64,000 bases of DNA from an uncultured Verrucomicrobiae bacterium. Lineage in GTDB: Bacteria > Chlamydiota > Chlamydiia > Chlamydiales > Rhabdochlamydiaceae. The DNA lies in the NCBI GenBank assembly GCA_963806855.1, contig CAWDYW010000002.1, positions 32,001 through 96,000 on the forward strand, in the 5' to 3' direction. The translations under genes were made by a program, and so were the position numbers. Shown here one piece after another: positions 1 to 10,412 of this stretch (positions within the stretch are counted from its first letter, which is position 1; every line of letters begins with the position of its first letter). Below the pieces are notes generated by a model that ran no database searches, was not told where the DNA came from, and saw only the letters and a list, made by a program, of their open reading frames with translations.

Positions 1-69
1 TGAAGACTGCTTGCTGAATCGTCATAAAAAATACCAGGAATTTAAAAAATTTCATAGCAAACTATTATA

Positions 70-2073
70 TCAATTTTGGGACAAATCTGCTACCTCATTT
101 GATAAATAGTGCTGAAACCATTCTAAATTGAGATTCATCGCATCAAGTAGCATTTTGGGGTCAGTCAAGCGATGTTCCATGCCAGGATAGAGAACTAATT
201 TTGCCTCTTTCCCTAGCCGATTTAACGCTTGATAAAACTCATTACCTTGCGATACGGGTGTCCTTTTGTCATCCATTCCATGTTGAATGAGGCAAGGTGT
301 TTGTACATGAAAAACATGGTTAATCGGGGAGCGGTCTTCGTAAAATTGCCGATTTTCAGTAAATTCTCCTAAGTAGTCAGTAAGAAATCTGTCTAGATCA
401 GTTGTTCCATTGAAGCTGATGAGATTGCTGAGCCCTGCTCCCATGGAGGCCGCTTTAAATCGTGTTGTCTGACCGATTGTCCATGCTGTCATATAGCCAC
501 CATAGCTCCAGCCCATGATCCCCAGCCTCGCCGGATCGACAATACCTTTAGCGATAAAGGTATCCACACCTGACAGGATATCAACCAAGTCGGCTCCGCC
601 CCAGTCATGGTAATTGGCGCATCGAAAGGCTTTTCCATAGCCTGTAGATCCTCTTGGATTTGGTCTTAAAATGAAGAATCCTTCCTGCGCAAACGAAGCT
701 AAAGGATAAGGGTTAGGCGTTCCTATGAATGTTTCATCAAAAAAGCTCATCGGCCCACCATGGATAACAAGCAAGAGGGGGTATTGCTTGCCCTCTTGAT
801 AGTCAATTGGATAGGTCAATAAACCTTCGATTTTCAACCCATCCTTAGATTCCCATGAAACGATCTTTGTTTCTGTCTTTGGATAGGATAAAAGCGAAGC
901 ATTCACATTCGAAATCTGAATAGGTGTAAAGTCATCCAATCTTGCTATACAAGCTTCTGGAGGTGTCGCTGCCGTCTGGACAACAAATCCCAGCATGCTT
1001 CGATCGGGGCTTAAAGCAGGTTCCTTAAAAAATAGCTGCCCGGCTTCAATTTCTTTAACTGGATTCCCATCAACCGGAACCAATAAGAGATGAAATTTTG
1101 TCCCTTTAGGCTCAAAAAAGAGAAGATGATCCCCCTCCTTATTCCACCCTAATAAGTTGGGACCAGCAAGCCAGGGACCTTCATTGAATGTTTGAGAAAG
1201 AAGACGGTGCTCTTTTCCATCGGTTGAACGAATAGCTACTTGTCTATGTATCTGATATTTCTCAGGAGAATTGCTACTAACATAGGCAATCCACTGACCA
1301 TCTGGGGAGTAGCGCGGGAGCGCTTCATAATGGGCATGTTTCTCTAGAGAAATAATCTCTCCAGTCTCGATATCTACAGTTGCCAGGCTACTATCCAAAT
1401 GAAAGTGGTCAAATCCTGGGCTTGGCGAATAGGCGAATGTGATTTGTCTAGAATCTAAAGACCAATCGAACTCCGTATTCGTTGCGCCGAAATCGCCTAA
1501 CCCTCGTACACAATAATCGTCGGATGTCAGCGGTCTTAAAGTAAGATCAGAAGAGAAAACATCCATAATCCACAAACGATTAATGCTTGTCTTTTGGTTG
1601 TAAATTTGACTCAGGTTTTGAGTATCTTCAGCCATAACGAAGGCAATTTTTTTACCATCCGGCGACCAACAAAAAGTCTGAATAGGTTTTTTGCTCTTAG
1701 TTAAAGCGGTAGCTTCTCCTCCCTTCCCATCGATTAGATAGAGATTTCTGACCCCTTGCCGCGTTGATACAAATGCGATCCATTGCCCATCTGGGGACCA
1801 TCTGGGCTGCATTGAGGAGACTTCAGCAGCTGAAAAAGGGATAGGACATTCTTTACCATTAGAGTTTGTTTTGTAAATCCTTGATAAGAAAATCCCTTTT
1901 TCATCCGTCATCTTGGGCTCGATGACTACAAAGAGCACAGATTTATTATCAGGAGATATTTGGACCTCATAGATGGTTTTTGTCTTCATGATTGCCTCTG
2001 GAGTCCATTTCAATTCCATTCCAGAAGCAGTGATAAAAGTAAGGGAAGCCAAAATCGTGATAAGAAATCTCAT
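70..2073 (-). CDS. S9 family (prolyl oligopeptidase/acylaminoacyl peptidase-like) peptidase, secreted
   Basis: PD40/beta-propeller repeats (WSPDG), IHGGP, GWSYGG nucleophile, HGMDDKRTP Asp, C-terminal His. Start moved to MRFLITILAS (signal peptide, ATG at 2073) to avoid overlap with the upstream gene. Confidence 0.9.
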   Translation of the reverse strand: MRFLITILASLTFITASGMELKWTPEAIMKTKTIYEVQISPDNKSVLFVVIEPKMTDEKGIFLSRIYKTNSNGKECPIPFSAAEVSSMQPRWSPDGQWIAFVSTRQGVRNLYLIDGKGGEATALTKSKKPIQTFCWSPDGKKIAFVMAEDTQNLSQIYNQKTSINRLWIMDVFSSDLTLRPLTSDDYCVRGLGDFGATNTEFDWSLDSRQITFAYSPSPGFDHFHLDSSLATVDIETGEIISLEKHAHYEALPRYSPDGQWIAYVSSNSPEKYQIHRQVAIRSTDGKEHRLLSQTFNEGPWLAGPNLLGWNKEGDHLLFFEPKGTKFHLLLVPVDGNPVKEIEAGQLFFKEPALSPDRSMLGFVVQTAATPPEACIARLDDFTPIQISNVNASLLSYPKTETKIVSWESKDGLKIEGLLTYPIDYQEGKQYPLLLVIHGGPMSFFDETFIGTPNPYPLASFAQEGFFILRPNPRGSTGYGKAFRCANYHDWGGADLVDILSGVDTFIAKGIVDPARLGIMGWSYGGYMTAWTIGQTTRFKAASMGAGLSNLISFNGTTDLDRFLTDYLGEFTENRQFYEDRSPINHVFHVQTPCLIQHGMDDKRTPVSQGNEFYQALNRLGKEAKLVLYPGMEHRLTDPKMLLDAMNLNLEWFQHYLSNEVADLSQN

Positions 2074-2074
2074 G

Positions 2075-2788
2075 CTATTTGTCCAATGTAAGAATGGTTC
2101 CAGTTCCAATTTTATAGAAGCGATCTTGAAAAGCCTGGTGAAACCTTTCAATTGCTAAGGCTCCCGTGCAATGACAGGGGGCTGCTATTTGTACTTTGAG
2201 GGCTTTAAACTGATTCACAATTTCGTCAATTTTGCTTTGTTTATTGCGAAATAGATGGAATCCTCCTAAGACAAGGTGAATAGGTTGCTTCAAACGTTTT
2301 TGAGCCTCTTGCAATAATCGAATGATTCCTGGGTGTGCGCAACCCGTTATGACCACTAAACCCTTTTGGGTTTCTATTAAAAGAGCTTGTTCATAGAGAA
2401 GAAATCCACCTTTTAGGACTAAGGAATAAACCCCAGAGTCTATCTCTTTAAAATCCTCAACTATTTCTGTGTGGACAGATGAAGGAAGTTTTTTAGATGG
2501 GAATTTTTTTGGTAAAAAAACTCGACTACCTTTTTTTAACTTTCCAATAATTTCTTCAAGCCCTGCAACATGGTCTGAATGTTTGTGAGAATATACGACG
2601 TCAGTGATTTCATCGCATTGAATATCAAGCTTTTGAAGATTAGAGAAGAAAGCTTTTGAATCTGCTCCTGTGTCAAATAGGATTTTACGAAGGCCGAAGT
2701 CAACTAAGCAAGAGAATCCCCATCCTTCTTGAAAGTCTTCGCGTGCTTTGCAATTGTCGTATATGATTTTGAGAGAAATTTGTTTCAT
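2075..2788 (-). CDS. MBL-fold metallo-hydrolase
   Basis: GWGFSCL, LFDTG, SHKHSDHVAG, TGCAHPG, GGFHL and PCHCTG motifs. Confidence 0.88.
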   Translation of the reverse strand: MKQISLKIIYDNCKAREDFQEGWGFSCLVDFGLRKILFDTGADSKAFFSNLQKLDIQCDEITDVVYSHKHSDHVAGLEEIIGKLKKGSRVFLPKKFPSKKLPSSVHTEIVEDFKEIDSGVYSLVLKGGFLLYEQALLIETQKGLVVITGCAHPGIIRLLQEAQKRLKQPIHLVLGGFHLFRNKQSKIDEIVNQFKALKVQIAAPCHCTGALAIERFHQAFQDRFYKIGTGTILTLDK

Positions 2789-2863
2789 AATTTGATTTTT
2801 CTAGTGTTTGTATAAATTCCTACTTAATAGTGTATTCGTTGGCTCTTGGAAACGCAAGATAAT

Positions 2864-3248
2864 CTAAGTCTCTATTTTGAAGTAATGATTGGATTTATAG
2901 GAACGATCTGCAGGAATTTCATTTAGGTGCACCGAAATTTGAGCATTATAGTGAGCTAGCAAATTTTTAAATCCATCCTGAAGAATTTTCAAGAGCTCAC
3001 TTCCTGTCTCTTGCAACTGAATAGACGTACGCCCCTCAAGCAAAAGCACTTGTAAATACACAAATGCCCTGTTTTTTCCCCCCATCCCCCACGTAAAAAT
3101 TCTCACAACAAACGGCTCTACTTTGACAACGAAAAAGCTCGGCGCCCGCCCTATCCACTAAAGCTTCATGAAGTCGTGAAAACAGTATCTTGAAATGATC
3201 CTTTGGCATCTCAATGTTCCCCGAATATTCCAATCTCAAATGAGGCAT
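2864..3248 (-). pseudogene. 5-carboxymethyl-2-hydroxymuconate isomerase (tautomerase family), frameshifted
   Basis: N-terminal MPHLRLEYS (Pro1) in the 3036..3248 ORF; C-terminal AFVYLQVLLLEGRT in the 2864..3106 ORF; frame changes in the G6A6 run at ~3072-3083. Confidence 0.75.
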
Positions 3249-3419
3249 ACTTTACCCTCCGTACGGGACTCCACTTTAACAAACATTCTGTTTAAATTAA
3301 AGAATTGGAATGGCAAACCTGGGAAACACCTTGCCAGGATCTCAAAGATGTTCCATTAAATTCGAATAAGATCATTGGGAACGGTTTTTTAATATAGCCC
3401 CCTTTTCAGCTTCACCCTA

Positions 3420-4499
3420 TCAATCTTGACTATGGAGAAGAGACCTTTCTAATTCAGCTTCGATCTCTTCAATAGAAGGGAGGGTTGTTTTCAGGTCTTC
3501 GGGAAGGGTTTTTGCTAATTGAGTTTCAAAATTTGCGACGCTAATCGGGGATATGTTGTTTCTCAAGGCGTACTCAACGATTAGGTTATCTTTACCCTTA
3601 CAGAGGATAAGGCCTATCGTTGGGTTATCTCCCGGCTGTTTCATTTTGTCGTCAATTGCAGCGAGATAAAAGTTGATCTGCCCAGCAAAATCTGGCTTGA
3701 ATTTGACTGCTTTTAGCTCGATGAGGAAATAGCAGTGAAGTTTGATATGATAAAAAAGAAGGTCTAAATAATAGTCTTCGTTTCCGACCCGTAGTGGGAC
3801 TTGTCTACCTACGAAAGCGAACCCATTTCCTAACTCGAGTAGGAACCTTTGAAGATGATCCATAAGTCCATCTTCGATTTCTTTTTCCCTGGCTTCATCT
3901 ATCAGCGTCAGGAAGTCAAAGCAGTAAGGGTCTTTGATCGTTTGATTTGCTAGATCTGAATGAGGGGAAGGGAGGGTTTTTTGGAAATTATTAGGGGCCT
4001 TACCTTGGCGATGGTAGAGCGCTGTTTCAATCCACATCTCAAGTACAGCTCGACTGCATCCATGTTCGATGGCTCTGCGGGCATACCACTCTCTTTCTAT
4101 TAAATCTTTTACTTTATTTAAGAGAATCACATTATGTCCCCATGGGATGCTAAGGCAATAATCTGGAGGCACTTCTAAGAGTCCAACAGCCTGTTGGACC
4201 CTAGAATAACTTACGTAGAATTGCCTCATGTAAAAGACATTTGATCGAGAGAATCCCTTCAATCCAGGAAAGTCGGCCTGGATGTCTTTACAAAGCCTGT
4301 CGATTACCTGAGCTTTCCATCCTTCCGCTTCTTGGCGGCGAACGATCTCCGATCCAATCCACCAGTGGAGCTTGATTAACTCATGGTTGACCGCCATAGC
4401 GGCTTTGACTTGGGACTCGCGAATGCGGGTTTTGATATTCTCTAATAGAGCAGGATAGCTTTCTGGAAGGGATAAAGCGACTGAGGTTTGGTTTGTCAT
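3420..4499 (-). CDS. YhcG/DUF1016 PDDEXK nuclease domain protein
   Basis: KDPYCFDFL, FLLELGNGFAFVGRQ, DLLFYH, IELK, GQINFYL, DNPTIGLILC. Confidence 0.92.
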   Translation of the reverse strand: MTNQTSVALSLPESYPALLENIKTRIRESQVKAAMAVNHELIKLHWWIGSEIVRRQEAEGWKAQVIDRLCKDIQADFPGLKGFSRSNVFYMRQFYVSYSRVQQAVGLLEVPPDYCLSIPWGHNVILLNKVKDLIEREWYARRAIEHGCSRAVLEMWIETALYHRQGKAPNNFQKTLPSPHSDLANQTIKDPYCFDFLTLIDEAREKEIEDGLMDHLQRFLLELGNGFAFVGRQVPLRVGNEDYYLDLLFYHIKLHCYFLIELKAVKFKPDFAGQINFYLAAIDDKMKQPGDNPTIGLILCKGKDNLIVEYALRNNISPISVANFETQLAKTLPEDLKTTLPSIEEIEAELERSLLHSQD

Positions 4500-4519
4500 G
4501 ATCCAATTCTCTTCAAAGG

Positions 4520-4552
4520 GCTAAATAGTACTGAAAATCAGCACTATTTAGC
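4520..4552. terminator. Hairpin just downstream of the M20 peptidase gene, possible terminator
   Basis: gctaaatagt-actga-aaa-tcagc-actatttagc inverted repeat. Confidence 0.45.
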
Positions 4553-4563
4553 AAGTATGCCAT

Positions 4564-5727
4564 TTATTCCGCACCATCAATAACCCATTGTTTGAGGACG
4601 TTGTAGAAGCGAGTGAGGTCTTCGAGGTCAATCCATTCCTGATCACTGTGGATGTCACCCCCTTTGGGAGCGATCACGAGCACTGGAATATTCCGTTCGC
4701 CAAAAAAGCGGGCATCTGAGGCTCCATAGGAGAGCGTCTTTCCGATTTCGATCCCATACATCCTCTTGGCAATCTCTTTAAACTTTAAAAAGGGGGCAAG
4801 CTGCAGATCGACATGATGGGGAGACCCCTCAGCGATGATCTCAAGTGAAATATGGGGATCTTTTTGCAGCAGTTTAGTTAAGGCTGAATAGATCTCGCTT
4901 CCTTTCATCTCAGGGGGGTACCTAATATCGATCTTGGCCTCGGCATGATCGGGAACCTGATTCGGGCTCTTTCCTCCCTCTATCACTCCTACGTTCACAG
5001 TGGGAAAGTAGCTGCCATAATGGCTCTTTTCCTTCTCGAAATATCCATCCACCTTTCCAAGGGCCACCATCAGAATGTCGATGGCGTTCTTTCCTAACCA
5101 TGGGCGGGAGCTGTGGGCTGAAGCTCCACTTGCTATGATTTTAACCTGCAAAACACCTTTAGCTGACTGCTCGAATTTCCAATCAAACCCACCGTCGGGA
5201 AGGAGGGCCACTTTTGAAGAATAGCCAGCTTCAAGGAGCCGTTTGACCCCATTCATTCCGCCGATTTCCTCATCAGAGGTCAGCATCAGACCGATGTTCA
5301 TCTGAGGCAGCTGATCTTTCAATTCATGCAGCAGCAATAAATAGCAGGCAATCGCCATTTTCATATCATAAGCACCCCGTCCAACCATTTTGCTTCCATC
5401 AATCTGAGGCTTGTATAAGGACTTAGGGGCCGGGACAACATCCATATGCGCCACAAGAAACAGTTCTGGAGCCATCGTCTTCTTAGTTGTAACGACTAAG
5501 GTTGGATGCCCATCAAACGACTCGTGCTTGAAATAGAGCCCCAATGTGGAGAGCTCATGCTCGACCCAGCGCAATGCCTTGCCGTTTTCTTCCGTATCGG
5601 CTGTCTCTGTTGGCATCGCAACAAGGGTAGATAAATACTGAGTTAGCTGCTGCTGCTGAGTCGATTTTCCATAAATCGGTTGGCAACACATCGCAAATAT
5701 AGAGAGCAAAATCAGAATAGGTTTCAT
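4564..5727 (-). CDS. M20 family metallopeptidase (ArgE/DapE-like) with signal peptide
   Basis: AHMDVVP, GRGAYDMK, SDEEIGG, SAHSSRPWLGKNAI, GASDARFF, IHSDQE. Confidence 0.9.
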   Translation of the reverse strand: MKPILILLSIFAMCCQPIYGKSTQQQQLTQYLSTLVAMPTETADTEENGKALRWVEHELSTLGLYFKHESFDGHPTLVVTTKKTMAPELFLVAHMDVVPAPKSLYKPQIDGSKMVGRGAYDMKMAIACYLLLLHELKDQLPQMNIGLMLTSDEEIGGMNGVKRLLEAGYSSKVALLPDGGFDWKFEQSAKGVLQVKIIASGASAHSSRPWLGKNAIDILMVALGKVDGYFEKEKSHYGSYFPTVNVGVIEGGKSPNQVPDHAEAKIDIRYPPEMKGSEIYSALTKLLQKDPHISLEIIAEGSPHHVDLQLAPFLKFKEIAKRMYGIEIGKTLSYGASDARFFGERNIPVLVIAPKGGDIHSDQEWIDLEDLTRFYNVLKQWVIDGAE

Positions 5728-7223
5728 TTTCTTGCTCCATTCAATAGGTGTTTTTTAAAGAAATCCTCACATTCGTCAATCGTAAAATTGAGGAAGCCAG
5801 GGTAAGAAGAACAAAAGTCTTCATGTTTAGCCTCAACCTCTTTCCGGGTGAGAAGGGGATTGGTTTGGGCTAGTGTTTCCAATGCCTCATTATATTTCGA
5901 CCGATCTTCCTTCACTCGCTTTGCGACAAGTTGTAAAACGGGTTGAGAAATGTCTGTCGGCTCAATAATGCGGCCGTCCAGATTGATTGCAGCACCGATT
6001 TCCGCCGTTCTGCGGCAGGCTTCAACCGAAGCTGACCCTCCTAAGGAGTGGCCTAAAACGCCGATCGGAGCATCCCTGGGGATGTTCGCAAATTCGCCAC
6101 TGCGAATACGCTCAGCCAGCTTGGCAATATGAGAAGCATTTTGCAGGCCCCGTGCAATGATTTCCTGTTCCTCGAGCATTGGCGTCCCAATTCCCGTTCC
6201 GGGATGATCCAAACACATCACGATAAAACCTTTCGAACATAATCCTTGAGCCATGTTCTTATAAGCGCATATTGATTGCCCCAGAGCGGGAGAAAAGATG
6301 ACAACAGGACACGCTTCTAGAGGGTGACGAGGAGTATAAAGGATCCCGCCAAGGTTAGAATCGCAATCGGCAGAAATTGGATTTTCTTCTTCTAAACGAT
6401 GGAAGCTGAGGACATCGACCTTATATGTCTGGTTGGCGCTGAGCAGGGCATTGTAGATCAGATTTGTCTTCGTGACTTCAGGAAAAAGATGATAAAAACC
6501 TAGCTGAGAGTCAAAATAATATTCTGCATCGCCTGTTTTGATATAGACGATGGAATGCCCTTGTTGCTCCCGCTTATAATTGTTTTCTTCAGTGATAATC
6601 CTTAAAAAGTATACCCCTTCTTTTAAACTCCGAGTTTGCTTTGACAATTGAGCTTCCAATTGATCATTCCCTCTAACCCCCAGCTCTGAACTCGATTCAA
6701 CCACCTTCAAGCCGTAGAACGGGGCCATGGCGCTGACCTTTTCAGCCACTGCATTACCAGACTGTTTCCGGTCGACCGTTATCGTATTCAGAGCCATCTG
6801 TTCGGTTCTGAATTCAAGCTGCTCCCTTTTTTTCTCTGCCGCCTCCCCGGTCGCGATTTGTTCTTGAATCTGGACAAATCGGGATAATTGACTTGCAAAA
6901 CTCCTTTCTCTGGATGAGGGCGTCAGCTCCTTGTTTTCCTTTAGCGATTTGAGCACCGATAGGGCCTCTTTAGCGACTCGAAATGCAATCGCACTGCAAG
7001 AACCTCCACTTATCTGATTCCCCTTTAACCTCGCTTGATTAAACGAGATGCAAGGCATTGCTCGACTAGACCCTGCATTTAGCCTGTCTACAAACTTGCT
7101 CGCTTTCACCAGATCAGTCTCACCCTTAGCAAGATGGCTCTGGGTAAAGCTGGTAATAAATTCATCCTCATAGAGGCACTGATAAACTTTGACAGTATAT
7201 GGCAAAATATTCGGTAAATACAT
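5724..7223 (-). CDS. Fusion: putative papain-like (YopT/C58-type) cysteine protease domain plus C-terminal alpha/beta hydrolase
   Basis: GGSCSAIA / GHSIVY / YYFDSQLG candidate Cys-His-Asp triad; C-terminal GHSLGG, NLDG and His of a PAF-AH/chlorophyllase-like hydrolase. Confidence 0.6.
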   Translation of the reverse strand: MYLPNILPYTVKVYQCLYEDEFITSFTQSHLAKGETDLVKASKFVDRLNAGSSRAMPCISFNQARLKGNQISGGSCSAIAFRVAKEALSVLKSLKENKELTPSSRERSFASQLSRFVQIQEQIATGEAAEKKREQLEFRTEQMALNTITVDRKQSGNAVAEKVSAMAPFYGLKVVESSSELGVRGNDQLEAQLSKQTRSLKEGVYFLRIITEENNYKREQQGHSIVYIKTGDAEYYFDSQLGFYHLFPEVTKTNLIYNALLSANQTYKVDVLSFHRLEEENPISADCDSNLGGILYTPRHPLEACPVVIFSPALGQSICAYKNMAQGLCSKGFIVMCLDHPGTGIGTPMLEEQEIIARGLQNASHIAKLAERIRSGEFANIPRDAPIGVLGHSLGGSASVEACRRTAEIGAAINLDGRIIEPTDISQPVLQLVAKRVKEDRSKYNEALETLAQTNPLLTRKEVEAKHEDFCSSYPGFLNFTIDECEDFFKKHLLNGARK

Positions 7224-7462
7224 AATTATCTCCTTTGGTTTAGTAAAAAAATTAATTTAAAATTGAAAGATGGGGGATTATTGGGCGGCTGCCCAGAAGT
7301 GCCAGGAGAGTGAATAACTGAGTGGTATGGTTTCTTTGTTGTGCATATAAATGTAATGTTACACCATTACGTCATTACGTGTCAAGAAAATCTGCTCCTT
7401 GAAGAAAATAGGGGAAAATCATTAACTTAGTGAAAAAATTTCTAGAATGAGAGGCAGATATT

Positions 7463-8575
7463 ATGACAATAGATTATTATCTTTCAGTGGGCTCTCTTAT
7501 TGCGGGTATTGTAACTAATTCCCCATTTCTTAAAGCAGTTCCAACGGCTTTTCGTTTGACTGCCACGTGTTTCCCAAGGCTGTTCCCATTAGGACTAACC
7601 AAAAGCTTTACGAGCGAAGAAGAAGCTAAGCTAGGCAGGATTAAAAATTTATTGCCTGCAATTTGTCAGGATTTAGGAATTAAAGACCCTCACAAAATTA
7701 ATTTGCGCGTGTCCAATCAGTTTGGTGCAAATGCTTACATGATTGGGACCACTAGTTCATTGGGAGGCCCCGTACTTTGTTTAGGCAATACCTATTTTGA
7801 AAAGTATGAATCGTTAGCAACTCCTGACAATAGCAGCTTTAGTAAATGGCTCTCTCTTTTTAAAAAAGAATCGTTAGCAACTACTGACAATAGCGAGTTT
7901 AGTAAATGGCTCGCGCTCTTAGAGGAAATACCCAATACTCCTACTGAGCTCGGCAAGTACATTGATAGCTGTAGTCAAGAAAAACGCAAGCAGATCAAAG
8001 ACTTTGCTAAAAAATTTAAAGATGTATTGTCTCAAGATGAATTAGAGTCTATGTTAGCCCACGAATTAGGTCATGCAAAGCACCATCATCTTCTAAAATC
8101 TTCTGGTATTTTATTGTTAATTTTTACTGCAGATAAACTTGCACAGGTCTTCGCCAATTCTATAGGCTTCGAAATTCTATATAACTTTGCTTCTATACCG
8201 CTAGTATATCTAACATTCAAGGCTATTTCGAGGTCGCATGAGACAGAAGCCGATGGAGAATGTGCTGTCAAAAGTAAATATCAAAAGGGGATGTTAAAAT
8301 TTCATAAAAAAGAATTGATTAATGATTTGTTTGAAAAAACATCTTCTTCTTTTGAAAGCAAAGTGTCTGCGATGATTCAGAAAGGTGAATGGACTTCGAC
8401 CCATCCCAATGCAGCAAAACGACTGGCACATGCTGTGCAGCTCTCACAAAAACAAAACCATCCGACAACTGCGATGACTAATGTAGCATGGGCATTGGCT
8501 GGCTTAGGAGTACTAAGTCTAATCGAAATGTGTTTTTTGGATGCTAGACAAATTTGGAATGCCGCTAGGGTATAA
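7463..8575 (+). CDS. M48 family zinc metalloprotease (HtpX-like), membrane-associated
   Basis: AHELGH (HExxH), SRSHETEAD, STHP, hydrophobic segments. Confidence 0.85.
   Translation: MTIDYYLSVGSLIAGIVTNSPFLKAVPTAFRLTATCFPRLFPLGLTKSFTSEEEAKLGRIKNLLPAICQDLGIKDPHKINLRVSNQFGANAYMIGTTSSLGGPVLCLGNTYFEKYESLATPDNSSFSKWLSLFKKESLATTDNSEFSKWLALLEEIPNTPTELGKYIDSCSQEKRKQIKDFAKKFKDVLSQDELESMLAHELGHAKHHHLLKSSGILLLIFTADKLAQVFANSIGFEILYNFASIPLVYLTFKAISRSHETEADGECAVKSKYQKGMLKFHKKELINDLFEKTSSSFESKVSAMIQKGEWTSTHPNAAKRLAHAVQLSQKQNHPTTAMTNVAWALAGLGVLSLIEMCFLDARQIWNAARV
7808..7918 (+). repeat. In-frame 60-bp tandem duplication inside the M48 gene
   Basis: gaatcgttagcaact(c/a)ctgacaatagc...tttagtaaatggctc at 7808 and 7868; ESLATPDNSSFSKWL / ESLATTDNSEFSKWL. 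Confidence 0.9.
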
Positions 8576-8586
8576 AGAGTGGAAAA

Positions 8587-9171
8587 ATGCGAAATCACTT
8601 CATTACTCCTGACGGACAGGCTTTTAAAGCAGAGAATTTTACTAAGAAATCGTTTGAATCTCAAGAATTTGCAGATTGTTCCTTCCAAAATTGCGACTTT
8701 ACTGAAAGTCTTTTGCTAAAAACTCAATTTAATTCGTGTTCTTTCCAAAATTGCAACTTTAGTTTAGTTAAACTTGATGGGTGTCGCATCCAAAATGCGC
8801 AGTTTATAGATTGCAAAATGGTAGGAGCAGAATTTTTTAAATGCGATAAGACATTTTTTTCAGCAAATTTCTGGAATTGTCTTCTTCAATATTGTAATTT
8901 TTCCGATCTCAACATGAAGAACACGTCTTTTTCTAAGAGTAAAATTAAGGAAGGGCATTTCACTAATACTGTGCTTATAGGGGCTAACTTTGACGAGGTT
9001 GATTTGTCCGGGACTGCTTTTCACAATTGCAACTTATCTAAAGCGGATTTTTCTAAAGCCTTCAATTACGATATCAATCCTACAACCAACAATATAAAGA
9101 AGGCGAAATTTTCGCTTCCCGAAGCTGTCGGTTTGTTGCGTGGCTTTGATATTATCATTGGATCAGATTGA
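8587..9171 (+). CDS. Pentapeptide repeat protein (Qnr/McbG/YjcF-like)
   Basis: Tandem [A/C/S][D/N/S]F/Lxx pentapeptides along the whole length. Confidence 0.9.
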   Translation: MRNHFITPDGQAFKAENFTKKSFESQEFADCSFQNCDFTESLLLKTQFNSCSFQNCNFSLVKLDGCRIQNAQFIDCKMVGAEFFKCDKTFFSANFWNCLLQYCNFSDLNMKNTSFSKSKIKEGHFTNTVLIGANFDEVDLSGTAFHNCNLSKADFSKAFNYDINPTTNNIKKAKFSLPEAVGLLRGFDIIIGSD

Positions 9172-9350
9172 TGAAAATTGATGTTCGATGCACCAGATAC
9201 CGAAACAACTTGAAAAACTGATCGACAAGACTATTTGGGGACCTGAGTGGCTGCTCTTCACTCGAGCCTAATTTTTTAAAATATTTTGCTTTCAAGTAAT
9301 TGATTTGATAGGATCCTTACATCAATGAATTTTTCGATATGAGGCTCATA

Positions 9351-10400
9351 ATGAATCAAAAACACCTAGTTGCTGGACTATTGGCAGGCTTAATTTCAAC
9401 ACTCTCTTCAACCATGCATGCAGAAGATTGCTGCTTACCTTGTTATACGCCTGCAGAACCACTCTGTGATTCTTGCGCTGGATACGGTGAATACGCAGGA
9501 GTACAATTAGATTGCGCTTGGGATGTCTACACATTTGGCGAGTTTTTATATTGGGCGCCTATTCGCTCTAGTGGACTCGTTGTAGTCACCAATCAAAATG
9601 ATGCACCAGTGAACACTCGAAAAGAGCTTTCAAGCCACTGGGGCTATCGTCCTGCCTTCCGAGTTGGCCTGGGGGCGACATTCCATTGTTTTGATGATTG
9701 GACGTTCAATCTTGACTATTTACGTTTCAACCATCATTACCGACAAACCAATAGTGTTACTGCCCCTGTCACCATTACAACCAATCTAGGTACCGCTATT
9801 TTAAATTTTGGGCTCTTAAATAGCTTCAATTACACTTCCATTACAACCAAATCAGGATACGCCCTTGATGAAGTCAATTTGAATATTCAGAGAGCAAACT
9901 ATTTTGGGCAAACAGTTATTTTATACCCTTTTTTCGGTTTAAAATGGATCAGGCAAAAACAGACAATTTCCCAGCAACTTACAAGGGTTTTTACAGGGGT
10001 AGAAGATCAACAAAGCGTCGCAATCAGTTTGTACGCCATCGGCCCAGATGCTGGACTAAATGGAAGCTGGCTATGGTGTTGGGGATTCAGAATGATTGGA
10101 AAGGCTCAAATAGGTCTCGTGTATACCTATAAGGAAAGCATGCATCAATCTATCGCTGCTACAAATATTGCTATACAAACTCAAAAAGCTAAATACTATC
10201 CTAGCTGTATCATTGGTTACGGTGGCTGGGGTTTTGGCTGGGGCGAGTATTTTTGCAATAACCGATACCACCTGGATATTGCTGCAACATATGATTTTTG
10301 GGTCAATGTGTCGCATGGTACATCAGAACTTACAGGATTTTATGGTCCGAATGGTGTCATGTACCACGGACTAGTAATTCATGGGCAATTCGATTTTTAA
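9351..10400 (+). CDS. Outer-membrane beta-barrel porin, Lpg1974/MOMP-like family (copy 1)
   Basis: Signal peptide, Cys-rich N-terminus, GEFLYW, GYRPAFRVGLG, C-terminal GQFDF BAM signal. Confidence 0.8.
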   Translation: MNQKHLVAGLLAGLISTLSSTMHAEDCCLPCYTPAEPLCDSCAGYGEYAGVQLDCAWDVYTFGEFLYWAPIRSSGLVVVTNQNDAPVNTRKELSSHWGYRPAFRVGLGATFHCFDDWTFNLDYLRFNHHYRQTNSVTAPVTITTNLGTAILNFGLLNSFNYTSITTKSGYALDEVNLNIQRANYFGQTVILYPFFGLKWIRQKQTISQQLTRVFTGVEDQQSVAISLYAIGPDAGLNGSWLWCWGFRMIGKAQIGLVYTYKESMHQSIAATNIAIQTQKAKYYPSCIIGYGGWGFGWGEYFCNNRYHLDIAATYDFWVNVSHGTSELTGFYGPNGVMYHGLVIHGQFDF

Positions 10401-10412
10401 TAGGAGAAAAAA

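Noticed and set aside
3309..3340. tggcaaacctggga resembling a fifth att copy near DUF1016
   Set aside because: Match too short and gapped; equally explained as a local hairpin (cctgg/ccagg, tggcaa/ttgcca)
4564..5727. argE completing the arginine pathway
   Set aside because: Has a signal peptide, lies 16 kb from the arg module, and the M20 subfamily cannot be resolved by eye
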